This document shows positions 1 to 7,794 of a DNA stretch of 64,000 nucleotides, in pieces. The DNA comes from Clostridia bacterium. GTDB lineage: Bacteria; Bacillota; Clostridia; UMGS1883. The translations under genes were made by a program, and so were the position numbers. The notes under the pieces were generated by a model. The model saw nothing but the letters and a program-made list of their open reading frames with translations, made no database searches and was not told the DNA's origin. The DNA lies in NCBI GenBank assembly GCA_045596985.1, contig JAZODM010000044.1, positions 6,222-70,221 of the forward strand. The letters run 5' to 3'. Position 1 is the first letter of the stretch. The number at the start of each line of letters is the position of its first letter.

Positions 1-2411
1 TGATGGAGAAGGAAAGAGGTATCACCATTTTTTCCAAGCAGGCGGTAATGGAGACGGGCGGCACGAAGGTGACCCTTCTTGACACACCGGGGCACGTGGA
101 TTTTTCCGCCGAAACGGAGCGCGCGCTGTGGGTTATGGATTATGCAATCCTTGTCATAAGCGGTCTTGACGGTGTGCAGAGCCATACGCAGACCTTGTGG
201 AAGCTTCTTGCCCGTCATGGTATTCCGGTGTTCATTTTCGTCAACAAGATGGATATATCAAATTTTACTAAGGACGAGTTAATGCAGGAGCTTGGTGAAA
301 AGCTCTCGCCCGGATGCGTCGATTTTGAATGTGAAAATATGCTTGAAGAAGTTGCCCTGTGTGATGAAAAGCTGACGGAGCAATTTCTGGAAACGGAGAA
401 TATAGGAGAAGATGATATTTCCACCGCAATTTACGAAAGAAAGGTATTCCCGTGCTTTTTCGGATCAGCACTGAAGCTTGACGGCGTTGAAAACCTTCTT
501 GATGCGCTGCGAAAGTATATGGTAACATATGAAAATTCCCCATCCTTTGGGGCGAAGGTCTTTAAAATATCGGAGGATGAAAAAGGTGCAAGGCTGACCC
601 ATATGAAGATAACGGGCGGCTCTCTTTGCGTGCGCGATAAAATAAGCTATGACGATGCGGAGGAAAAGGTCAGCGAAATACGCATATATTCGGGTGCGAA
701 GTATAAGAGCGTGCCCGAGGCGCATATAGGTGACGTGTGCGTGGTATGCGGCCTTACAAAAACGTATGCAGGAATGGGACTTGGAAATGAGAACGATTCT
801 CCTGCGCCCGTGCTTGAAAGCGTTTTTACCTACAAGGTGACAGTTACGGACGGAACCGATACGCGCGTTGCCCTCGCAAAGCTAAAAAAGCTTGAGGAGG
901 AGGAAAACCGCCTTCACGTTATTTATAACAGTGTGCTGGGCGAAATCCACATTCAGCTTATGGGCGAGGTGCAGCTTGAAATAATGCAGCGCGTTTTGAG
1001 GGAACGCTTTTCTCTTTCGGTTGAGTTTGAGCAGAGCAGTATCCTATATAAAGAAACGGTGGAAGGAATTGTTGAGGGTGTCGGACATTACGAGCCGCTC
1101 CGCCATTATGCGGAGGTACACCTATTGTTAGAGCCGCTTAAACGTGGCAGCGGTATTGTTATTGAGTCTGACTGCAGCGAGGATGAGCTTTCACGAAACT
1201 GGCAGAGATTGGTTTTAACGCATATAAAGGAAAAAAATCACATAGGTGTGCTTACAGGTTCGCCCATTACTGATATGAAAATCACACTGAAGGCAGGTAA
1301 AGCGTATGTAAAGCATACTGTCGGCGGAGATTTTCGTCAGGCAACGTACCGTGCAATACGTCACGGACTGCGGTGCGCGCAAAGCGTTCTTTTAGAGCCT
1401 TATTATTCATTTACAATAGATGTTCCGCCCGAAAATGTCGGCAGGGCTATGACAGACCTTGAAAAAATGTATGCGCGCATTGATGTGCCGCAGATATTTG
1501 AGGGCAGCGCCCGTATAACGGGGGTAGCGCCCGTAATAGCGCTTGAGGGGTATCAGAAAATACTGACGGGATATACACGTGGAATTGGGAAAATGTCCTT
1601 TGCCCTGTGCGGATATGATACCTGTCACAATACAGATGAAGTGATTGAGAAAATTGCATACAATGCAGATGCCGACCTTGAAAACAGTGCTGATTCAGTT
1701 TTTTGTAAGCAGGGGGCAGGTTTTGTTGTGCCGTGGAACGAGGTGCACGAATATATGCATCTTGAAAGCGTTCTTGCACCGAAAAAGGAAGAGGAGATAA
1801 AAGCTCCCCCTATGCGCAAAAAAGCAATCGTCTATGACGAGGACGAACTTATCGAGATATTTGAGCGTACGTATGGAAAAATTGTCCATAAAAATCACAA
1901 TGCGATGAAAACACCCAAGGATGTTGTGAGGGAGAAAAAAGTGCGTTCCGCACCGCAAAAGCAAGGCCCGGGGTATATACTGATTGACGGATATAATATA
2001 ATTTTTGCATGGGACGAGTTGAAAGAGATTGCAAGGGACAGCCTCGAGGATGCACGCAATATGCTCATTGACAAGCTATGCTCCTACAAGGCATTAAGAC
2101 CGCAGCAGGTAATACTTGTTTTTGACGCATATAAGGTTAAGGGAAACCGCGGCGAGGTTGAAAAGGTGCATAACATTACCATTGTATATACCAAAGAGGC
2201 GCAGACCGCCGACGCGTATATAGAAAAGGCGGCGCACGAGCTTGGGAAGAAATATCAGGTGCAGGTTGCAACGAGTGATGCGCTGGAGCAGATGATAATA
2301 TTGGGCAGCGGAGCGCGCCGTATAAGTGCCGCCTCATTTATTAAGGAAATGAAGGATGTCGAGCAGGAAATAAGCGGTTTGCTCAAAGAAATTTCAAGCG
2401 AAAATATTTAA
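1..2411 (+). CDS. TetM/TetO/EF-G-like translational GTPase (5' partial) fused to a C-terminal YacP/Rae1-type NYN ribonuclease domain
   Basis: The ORF is open to the window edge. From memory, residues 1-~590 align colinearly with TetM/EF-G: the TPGHxDF switch region, the NKxD motif (VNKMDI), and domains II-V. A charged linker follows. The last ~150 aa (YILIDGYNIIFAWDEL...VFDAYKVKG...TADAYIEK...VATSD) match the YacP/Rae1 NYN fold with conserved acidic residues. Confidence 0.75.
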   Translation, partial: MEKERGITIFSKQAVMETGGTKVTLLDTPGHVDFSAETERALWVMDYAILVISGLDGVQSHTQTLWKLLARHGIPVFIFVNKMDISNFTKDELMQELGEKLSPGCVDFECENMLEEVALCDEKLTEQFLETENIGEDDISTAIYERKVFPCFFGSALKLDGVENLLDALRKYMVTYENSPSFGAKVFKISEDEKGARLTHMKITGGSLCVRDKISYDDAEEKVSEIRIYSGAKYKSVPEAHIGDVCVVCGLTKTYAGMGLGNENDSPAPVLESVFTYKVTVTDGTDTRVALAKLKKLEEEENRLHVIYNSVLGEIHIQLMGEVQLEIMQRVLRERFSLSVEFEQSSILYKETVEGIVEGVGHYEPLRHYAEVHLLLEPLKRGSGIVIESDCSEDELSRNWQRLVLTHIKEKNHIGVLTGSPITDMKITLKAGKAYVKHTVGGDFRQATYRAIRHGLRCAQSVLLEPYYSFTIDVPPENVGRAMTDLEKMYARIDVPQIFEGSARITGVAPVIALEGYQKILTGYTRGIGKMSFALCGYDTCHNTDEVIEKIAYNADADLENSADSVFCKQGAGFVVPWNEVHEYMHLESVLAPKKEEEIKAPPMRKKAIVYDEDELIEIFERTYGKIVHKNHNAMKTPKDVVREKKVRSAPQKQGPGYILIDGYNIIFAWDELKEIARDSLEDARNMLIDKLCSYKALRPQQVILVFDAYKVKGNRGEVEKVHNITIVYTKEAQTADAYIEKAAHELGKKYQVQVATSDALEQMIILGSGARRISAASFIKEMKDVEQEISGLLKEISSENI

Positions 2412-2572
2412 TATATGAAAATCGATGCTAAATTATTCATTTTTTAGCGTTAAAAACTTGACTAAATAAAGAAAAAGCGTTATACTGTAGTGTGGTGAGT
2501 AAGGGGGAAGAGCTGTTTCTCCCTGCTCTATCGTGCATATAATTTTTTTTAACATACAAGGAGGTAAACATT

Positions 2573-5500
2573 ATGGCAAGACAGAAAAAAACCATGGATG
2601 GTAACACCGCTGCCGCATATGTCTCATATGCGTTTACAGACGTTGCTGCCATCTACCCCATTACGCCTTCCTCTAATATGGCTGAGGTTACAGACGAATG
2701 GGCTGCAAAAGGAAAGAAGAACATATTCGGAAGAACGGTAAAGATTGCTGAAATGCAGTCTGAGGGCGGTGCTGCAGGTGCAGTTCACGGTTCTCTTACA
2801 GCAGGTGCTCTTACCACTACTTATACTGCTTCTCAGGGTCTTCTTCTTATGATTCCCAATATGTATAAGATTGCAGGTGAGCTTCTTCCGTCAGTTATTA
2901 ACGTATCTGCACGTGCTCTTGCTTCACATGCACTTTCAATTTTCGGTGACCATCAGGACGTATATGCGTGCCGTCAGACAGGCTATGCAATGCTCTGCTC
3001 TGTAAATGCGCAGGAGGCTATGGACCTTGGTGCAGTTGCACATCTTACAACTCTTAAGTCAAGAGTTCCGTTCCTTCATTTCTTTGATGGCTTCAGAACA
3101 TCTCACGAATATCAGAAGGTAGAGTGCTGGGATGACGAGCAGCTCAAGAAGCTTATCGATATGAACGATGTTGAAAGCTTCCGCCGTCGTTCTCTTAATC
3201 CTGAGCATCCCGCTCAGCGCGGTACTGCACAGAACCCCGACGTTTTCTTCCAGGCAAAGGAAGCAAACAACAAGTTCTATGATGCAGTTCCCGAAATCTG
3301 CCAGAACTATATGGACAAGGTTAATGCAGAAATCGGTACAGATTACAAGCTGTTTAACTACTACGGTGCAGCAGATGCTGAGCACGTAATCGTTGCTATG
3401 GGTAGTGCCTGCGACACTATGGAAGAAACAGTTGATTACCTTACAAAGAAGGGTGCTAAGGTTGGTCTTATCAAGGTTAGACTTTACAGACCTTTCAGTG
3501 CTAAGCACCTTATCGAGGCTATTCCTGCTACTGTTAAGAAGATTAGCGTTCTTGACAGAACAAAGGAATGCGGCAGCATCGGTGAGCCTCTTTACCTTGA
3601 TGTTGTTGCAGCTCTTCGTGACAGCCAGTTCAAGGATATCGAAATCTTCGGCGGACGTTACGGTCTTGGTTCAAAGGATACAACTCCTGCTCAGATTATC
3701 GCTGTATTTGGTAACAACGATAAGAAGAGATTTACTATCGGTATCAACGATGATGTGACATTTACATCTCTTGATATTACAGAAAATCCCGACACAACTC
3801 CCGAGGGTATTACAAGCTGTAAGTTCTGGGGTCTTGGTGCTGACGGTACTGTTGGTGCTAACAAGAACTCAGTTAAGATTATCGGTGACCACACTGATAT
3901 GAACGTTCAGGCATACTTTGACTATGACTCAAAGAAGTCAGGCGGTCTTACAGTATCTCACCTTCGTTTCGGTAATGCGAAGATTACAAGCACATACCTT
4001 ATCAACAAGGCTGACTTTGTTGCTTGCCACAAGGCTTCTTATATCAGAAAGTACGATATGGTTAGCGACGTTAAGCCCGGCGGTGTATTCCTTCTTAACT
4101 GCCCCTGGACAAAGGCAGAGGAGTTCGAGGCACATATCCCCGGCCAGGTTAAGCGTTACATTGCTGAAAACAACATTCAGTTCTATGTAATCGACGGTGT
4201 TGCTATCGGTAAGGAAATCGGTCTTGGTAACAGAATTAACACAGTTCTTCAGTCTGCATTCTTCAAGCTTGCAAATATCATTCCTGCTGACGATGCAATC
4301 AAATATATGAAGGACGCTGCTACAGCTTCTTACTCAAAGAAGGGTGAAGCTATCGTTAAGATGAACCACGACGCTATCGATATGGGTGCACAGAAGGTAG
4401 TTAAGGTTGACGTTCCCGCTTCCTGGAAGGATGCAAAGGACGAGGATCTTTCTGTTAAGTTTGACGGCGAAGGAAAGCTTATTGACTACATCAATAACAT
4501 CCTTACACCTATCAACTCTTTTGCAGGTATGAAGCTTCCCGTTTCTGCGTTTGTTCCTTATGCTGATGGTGAAGTTCCGCTTGGATCTTCTGCATTTGAG
4601 AAGCGTGGTATCGCTATCGACGTTCCCGAATGGAAGAGTGAAAACTGTATCCAGTGTAACTTCTGTTCTTATGTATGTCCTCACGCTTGTATCCGTCCTG
4701 TAGTTCTTACAGAAGAGGAAGCAAATAACGCTCCCGAGGGTATCAAGTATATCAATATGACAGGTCTTAACGGTCTTTACTTTGCAATGGCTGTATCTGT
4801 ACTTGACTGTACAGGTTGCGGCTCTTGTGCAAATGTATGTCCCGGTAAGAAGGGCGAGAAGGCTCTCGTTATGCAGCCTCTCGAAACTCAGGAAGCGAGC
4901 CAGGCAGTATTTGATTACGCAATCAAAGTTCCTGCAAAGAAGGAAGTATTTGAGAAGTTTAAGGAAACAACAGTTAAGGGCAGCCAGTTCAAGCAGCCCC
5001 TCCTCGAGTTCTCAGGCGCTTGCGCAGGCTGCGGTGAAACACCTTATGCTAAGCTCGTAACTCAGCTTTACGGCGATAAGATGTACATTGCAAACGCTAC
5101 AGGTTGTTCTTCAATCTGGGGTGGTAGCTGCCCGTCAACTCCTTACACAGTTAACGAAAAGGGCGAAGGTCCTGCATGGGCTAACTCTCTCTTCGAGGAT
5201 AACGCTGAGTACGGTTACGGTATGTACCTTGCACAGAACACTCTCCGTGAAGACCTCGTTAAGAAGGTTGAGGGTGTTAAGGAAACTGCTGATGATGCTG
5301 CTAAGGCTATCATTGACAAGTTCCTTACAACAAAGGAAGATGTAAATGCTAACAAGGTTGCTGCAGAAGAGCTTGTAGAAGTTCTTTCTAAGATGAACAC
5401 ACCTGAGGCAGCAGAAATTCTTAAGGATAAGGAATACCTTTCCAAGAAGTCTGTATGGATCTTAGGTGGTGACGGCTGGGCATACGATATCGGCTACGGC

Positions 5501-6094
5501 GGTCTTGACCACGTTCTTGCAAGCGGTGACGATGTAAACATCCTTGTATTTGATACAGAGGTTTACTCAAACACAGGCGGTCAGTCTTCAAAGGCTACAC
5601 CTACAGGTGCTATTGCGAAGTTCGCAGCAGCAGGTAAGGAAGTTAAGAAGAAAGACCTTGCAGCTATCGCTATGAGCTACGGTTATGTATACGTTGCACA
5701 GGTTGCTCAGGGTGCTGACAACAACCAGTGTATAAAAGCATTTGTTGAGGCTGGTTCTTACAATGGACCTTCTATCGTTATAGCATATGCTCCGTGTATC
5801 AACCACGGTATTAAGGGTGGTATGAGCATTGCTCAGACAGAAGAGAAGCGTGCCGTTCAGGCAGGTTACTGGCATCTGTTCCGTTTCGACCCCAGAAGAA
5901 CAGAAGAAGGTCTTAATCCCTTCGTTCTTGACTCTAAGGAGCCCAGCGAAAGCTATGAGGACTTCCTTATGAACGAGGTTCGTTACAACTCACTTGCCCG
6001 CAGCAATCCTGAAAGAGCAAAAGAGCTCTTCGCAAAGGCAGCTGCTAATGCAAAGGCTAAGTACGCAGAACTTGTTGCGCGTGCAAGCAAGTAA
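2573..6094 (+). CDS. nifJ: pyruvate:ferredoxin (flavodoxin) oxidoreductase, single-chain PFOR
   Basis: A 1173-aa protein with a typical PFOR N-terminus (AYPITPSS), a TPP-binding region (GGDGW), and two ferredoxin-type Cys clusters (CIQCNFCSYVCPH and CTGCGSCANVCP). It has an RBS (aggagg) and an upstream TTGACT-17-TATACT promoter. Confidence 0.95.
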   Translation: MARQKKTMDGNTAAAYVSYAFTDVAAIYPITPSSNMAEVTDEWAAKGKKNIFGRTVKIAEMQSEGGAAGAVHGSLTAGALTTTYTASQGLLLMIPNMYKIAGELLPSVINVSARALASHALSIFGDHQDVYACRQTGYAMLCSVNAQEAMDLGAVAHLTTLKSRVPFLHFFDGFRTSHEYQKVECWDDEQLKKLIDMNDVESFRRRSLNPEHPAQRGTAQNPDVFFQAKEANNKFYDAVPEICQNYMDKVNAEIGTDYKLFNYYGAADAEHVIVAMGSACDTMEETVDYLTKKGAKVGLIKVRLYRPFSAKHLIEAIPATVKKISVLDRTKECGSIGEPLYLDVVAALRDSQFKDIEIFGGRYGLGSKDTTPAQIIAVFGNNDKKRFTIGINDDVTFTSLDITENPDTTPEGITSCKFWGLGADGTVGANKNSVKIIGDHTDMNVQAYFDYDSKKSGGLTVSHLRFGNAKITSTYLINKADFVACHKASYIRKYDMVSDVKPGGVFLLNCPWTKAEEFEAHIPGQVKRYIAENNIQFYVIDGVAIGKEIGLGNRINTVLQSAFFKLANIIPADDAIKYMKDAATASYSKKGEAIVKMNHDAIDMGAQKVVKVDVPASWKDAKDEDLSVKFDGEGKLIDYINNILTPINSFAGMKLPVSAFVPYADGEVPLGSSAFEKRGIAIDVPEWKSENCIQCNFCSYVCPHACIRPVVLTEEEANNAPEGIKYINMTGLNGLYFAMAVSVLDCTGCGSCANVCPGKKGEKALVMQPLETQEASQAVFDYAIKVPAKKEVFEKFKETTVKGSQFKQPLLEFSGACAGCGETPYAKLVTQLYGDKMYIANATGCSSIWGGSCPSTPYTVNEKGEGPAWANSLFEDNAEYGYGMYLAQNTLREDLVKKVEGVKETADDAAKAIIDKFLTTKEDVNANKVAAEELVEVLSKMNTPEAAEILKDKEYLSKKSVWILGGDGWAYDIGYGGLDHVLASGDDVNILVFDTEVYSNTGGQSSKATPTGAIAKFAAAGKEVKKKDLAAIAMSYGYVYVAQVAQGADNNQCIKAFVEAGSYNGPSIVIAYAPCINHGIKGGMSIAQTEEKRAVQAGYWHLFRFDPRRTEEGLNPFVLDSKEPSESYEDFLMNEVRYNSLARSNPERAKELFAKAAANAKAKYAELVARASK

Positions 6095-6126
6095 TTAAAA
6101 ACTAAGTTGGATATGCCAATATAAAG

Positions 6127-6162
6127 CAAAAACATCGCAGGAAAATTCCTGCGATGTTTTTG
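6127..6162. terminator. bidirectional rho-independent terminator (stem CATCGCAGG...CCTGCGATG)
   Basis: Perfect hairpin aaaaacatcgcagga/tcctgcgatgttttt with an A-run on one side and a T-run on the other. It sits between convergent PFOR (+) and the SLOG gene (-). Confidence 0.8.
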
Positions 6163-6163
6163 C

Positions 6164-6598
6164 TTATACAGTTATTCTTAAAATAGTTTTCTTTTTTCTT
6201 CGTGCATAATCCAGCGTTGTTGCAGCACCGCCAAAGCTATGTGTTACATATGCAATAACAAAATCTGATTGCTCTACCATATATTCATTTCTTTTTGATA
6301 TAGCAAATTTAGGAGGAGTTTTCTCGATGGGTGGGTATATGGTGTAATCACATATGTCGGTATTATATTTTTTGTTAAGATATGGAATTACAAGTATCGA
6401 AGTTATATGTGGATATATTTCTTTTAGTTTTTTTACTGTTTCTGCACAAAGACGGTCAAAGCTTCCGTAGCCGCCCAATAAAAATTTATCAGCACCGTTT
6501 TTGATTAAATTTTCAATCTCATAGTATAGTTTTTCTGCAAGAAAAGAATGTTCAGATACGGAAAGACTGCCGTGTCCGCAAAATGTTACTGTACTCAT
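6164..6598 (-). CDS. DUF1273/YpsA-like SLOG-family protein
   Basis: A 144-aa protein. The motif pattern (FCGHGSL...FLLGGYGSFD...YPHITSILVIPY) resembles B. subtilis YpsA/DUF1273. The coding DNA is clearly AT-richer than its neighbours. Confidence 0.55.
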   Translation of the reverse strand: MSTVTFCGHGSLSVSEHSFLAEKLYYEIENLIKNGADKFLLGGYGSFDRLCAETVKKLKEIYPHITSILVIPYLNKKYNTDICDYTIYPPIEKTPPKFAISKRNEYMVEQSDFVIAYVTHSFGGAATTLDYARRKKKTILRITV

Positions 6599-6992
6599 AA
6601 TAATCCCTCAACCTAAAAAAGGTAGCGGGGCTAAATTAAAAAATGCGCAGCCCCACCCGAAAGCAGAGCTACGCACTAAAAAACGCAGGGACTCTGTTTC
6701 GAAGTTGCTACGCTTTTTTATCACACAAATAATTTCACAATCAAGAGTATGACGAAACAAGAGTGTACGCTTTTTACGATAGCGTACCTCCTGAAAGTGA
6801 AATTATTAATTTGTGTTTTACATAGTGTAAAAAAACGTAGCACTGTTATTATATCATTCAATCTTGGAAAATACAACATAAAATTTAAAAAGATATAATT
6901 TTGCAGAAAACGCAGATAATTCTTTATAAAATACAAAAGTGATATATTTGTTGATTTTCTAAACATTTGGTGCTATAATTAATTATATAAAA

Positions 6993-7628
6993 GTGAAAGT
7001 GGGTTTTACTATGGCACTTGAAAATAAGTTAGGTATTACTGATTCGGCTGAGCTTGCCCGTATAGAGGAAAAAATCAGTAAAAGAAAGGCTATAGAATTA
7101 TTTGAAAATGGATTTTTGAACACCTTGGAAGAAGGGAAGTTTTCTGCCCTTGCGGCTATTCATAAGTATCTTTTTGATGAGATTTATGATTTTGCAGGGA
7201 AGCTTAGAACAGTAAATATTTCAAAGGGGAATTTTAGATTTGCGCCTTTGATGTATCTGGAAGCGGCACTTGAAAGTATTGATAAAATGCCGCAGACCAC
7301 ATTTGATGAAATCATTGATAAATATGTTGAAATGAATATTGCCCATCCCTTCAGGGAAGGAAATGGGCGCAGTACACGCATATGGCTTGACTTAATTCTT
7401 AAAACACAGCTTCATAAGGTGGTGGATTGGAGCCGTGTTGAAAAAGAGGATTATCTGCTTGCAATGGAGCGCAGCCCTATTCGAAGCATCGAAATAAAGC
7501 ATATATTAAAGGCTGCTTTGACAGACGAAATTGATAATCGGGAAGTGTATATAAAGGGTGTAGACCATAGCTATTATTATGAAGGGTATACAGCCTTTAA
7601 AGCAGAAGATTTGGATATAAAACCATAA
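6993..7628 (+). CDS. fic: Fic family protein (class III, NmFic-like AMP-transferase with C-terminal inhibitory helix)
   Basis: Canonical Fic motif HPFREGNGRSTR and a C-terminal SYYYEG that matches the [S/T]xxxE[G/N] auto-inhibition motif. It is near-colinear with Neisseria NmFic as recalled from memory. An extended -10 (tgcTATAAT) sits at 6971-6979. The true start may be ATG 7011 rather than GTG 6993. Confidence 0.85.
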   Translation: MKVGFTMALENKLGITDSAELARIEEKISKRKAIELFENGFLNTLEEGKFSALAAIHKYLFDEIYDFAGKLRTVNISKGNFRFAPLMYLEAALESIDKMPQTTFDEIIDKYVEMNIAHPFREGNGRSTRIWLDLILKTQLHKVVDWSRVEKEDYLLAMERSPIRSIEIKHILKAALTDEIDNREVYIKGVDHSYYYEGYTAFKAEDLDIKP

Positions 7629-7644
7629 ATTGAATGTGAATAGC

Positions 7645-7686
7645 AAAAACCATCGCAGGAATTTTCCTGCGATGGTTTCATTTTGT
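7645..7686 (+). terminator. rho-independent terminator (stem CATCGCAGG...CCTGCGATG, second copy)
   Basis: Hairpin aaaaaccatcgcagga/tcctgcgatggttt followed by a T-run. The stem is near-identical to the hairpin at 6127-6162. Confidence 0.8.
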
Positions 7687-7727
7687 CTCGATTTGGGGAC
7701 AGTCCCAAAATTGAGACGTTTTTGTGC
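7687..7727 (+). terminator. second hairpin plus T-run carrying a TTGGGGAC-A-GTCCCAA core
   Basis: Imperfect ~14-bp stem (tctcgatttggggac / gtcccaaaattgagac) followed by gtttttg. Confidence 0.5.
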
Positions 7728-7765
7728 AGACATATCTTGCAATATGTCTGGTTATGTGTTACAAT
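7727..7765 (+). promoter_or_regulatory. sigma-70-type promoter TTGCAA-17-TACAAT with a 9-6-9 operator-like palindrome centred on the -35
   Basis: CAGACATAT-cttgca-ATATGTCTG is a perfect inverted repeat at 7727-7750. The -35 TTGCAA lies at 7737-7742 and the -10 TACAAT at 7760-7765. The RBS aaggagg lies at 7778-7784 and the ATG at 7795. Confidence 0.55.
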
Positions 7766-7794
7766 TACCACATAATTCAAGGAGGAGTGGAAAA

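Noticed and set aside
1-2411. Calling the first gene tet(M)/tet(O) tetracycline resistance
   Set aside because: Domain IV lacks the YSPVST loop used by TetM/TetO to dislodge tetracycline, and the protein carries a nuclease fusion. Only 'TetM/EF-G-like GTPase' is supportable.
3059-3508. 149-aa minus-strand ORF and several 60-120-aa ORFs in both directions within 2573-6094
   Set aside because: All lie inside the PFOR coding region, which is supported by full-length family motifs. They are antisense or alternate-frame artefacts.
6599-6990. T-box riboswitch upstream of the SLOG gene
   Set aside because: The T-box consensus (AGGGTGGNACCGCG) is absent and no specifier loop can be drawn. The hairpins are kept only as a generic attenuator-like observation.
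7630-7794. N-terminal extension of the secreted-protein ORF proposed by the ORF track (start 7630)
   Set aside because: The extension contains two terminator hairpins with U-runs and the promoter. The true start is ATG 7795, which has a strong RBS and a signal peptide.
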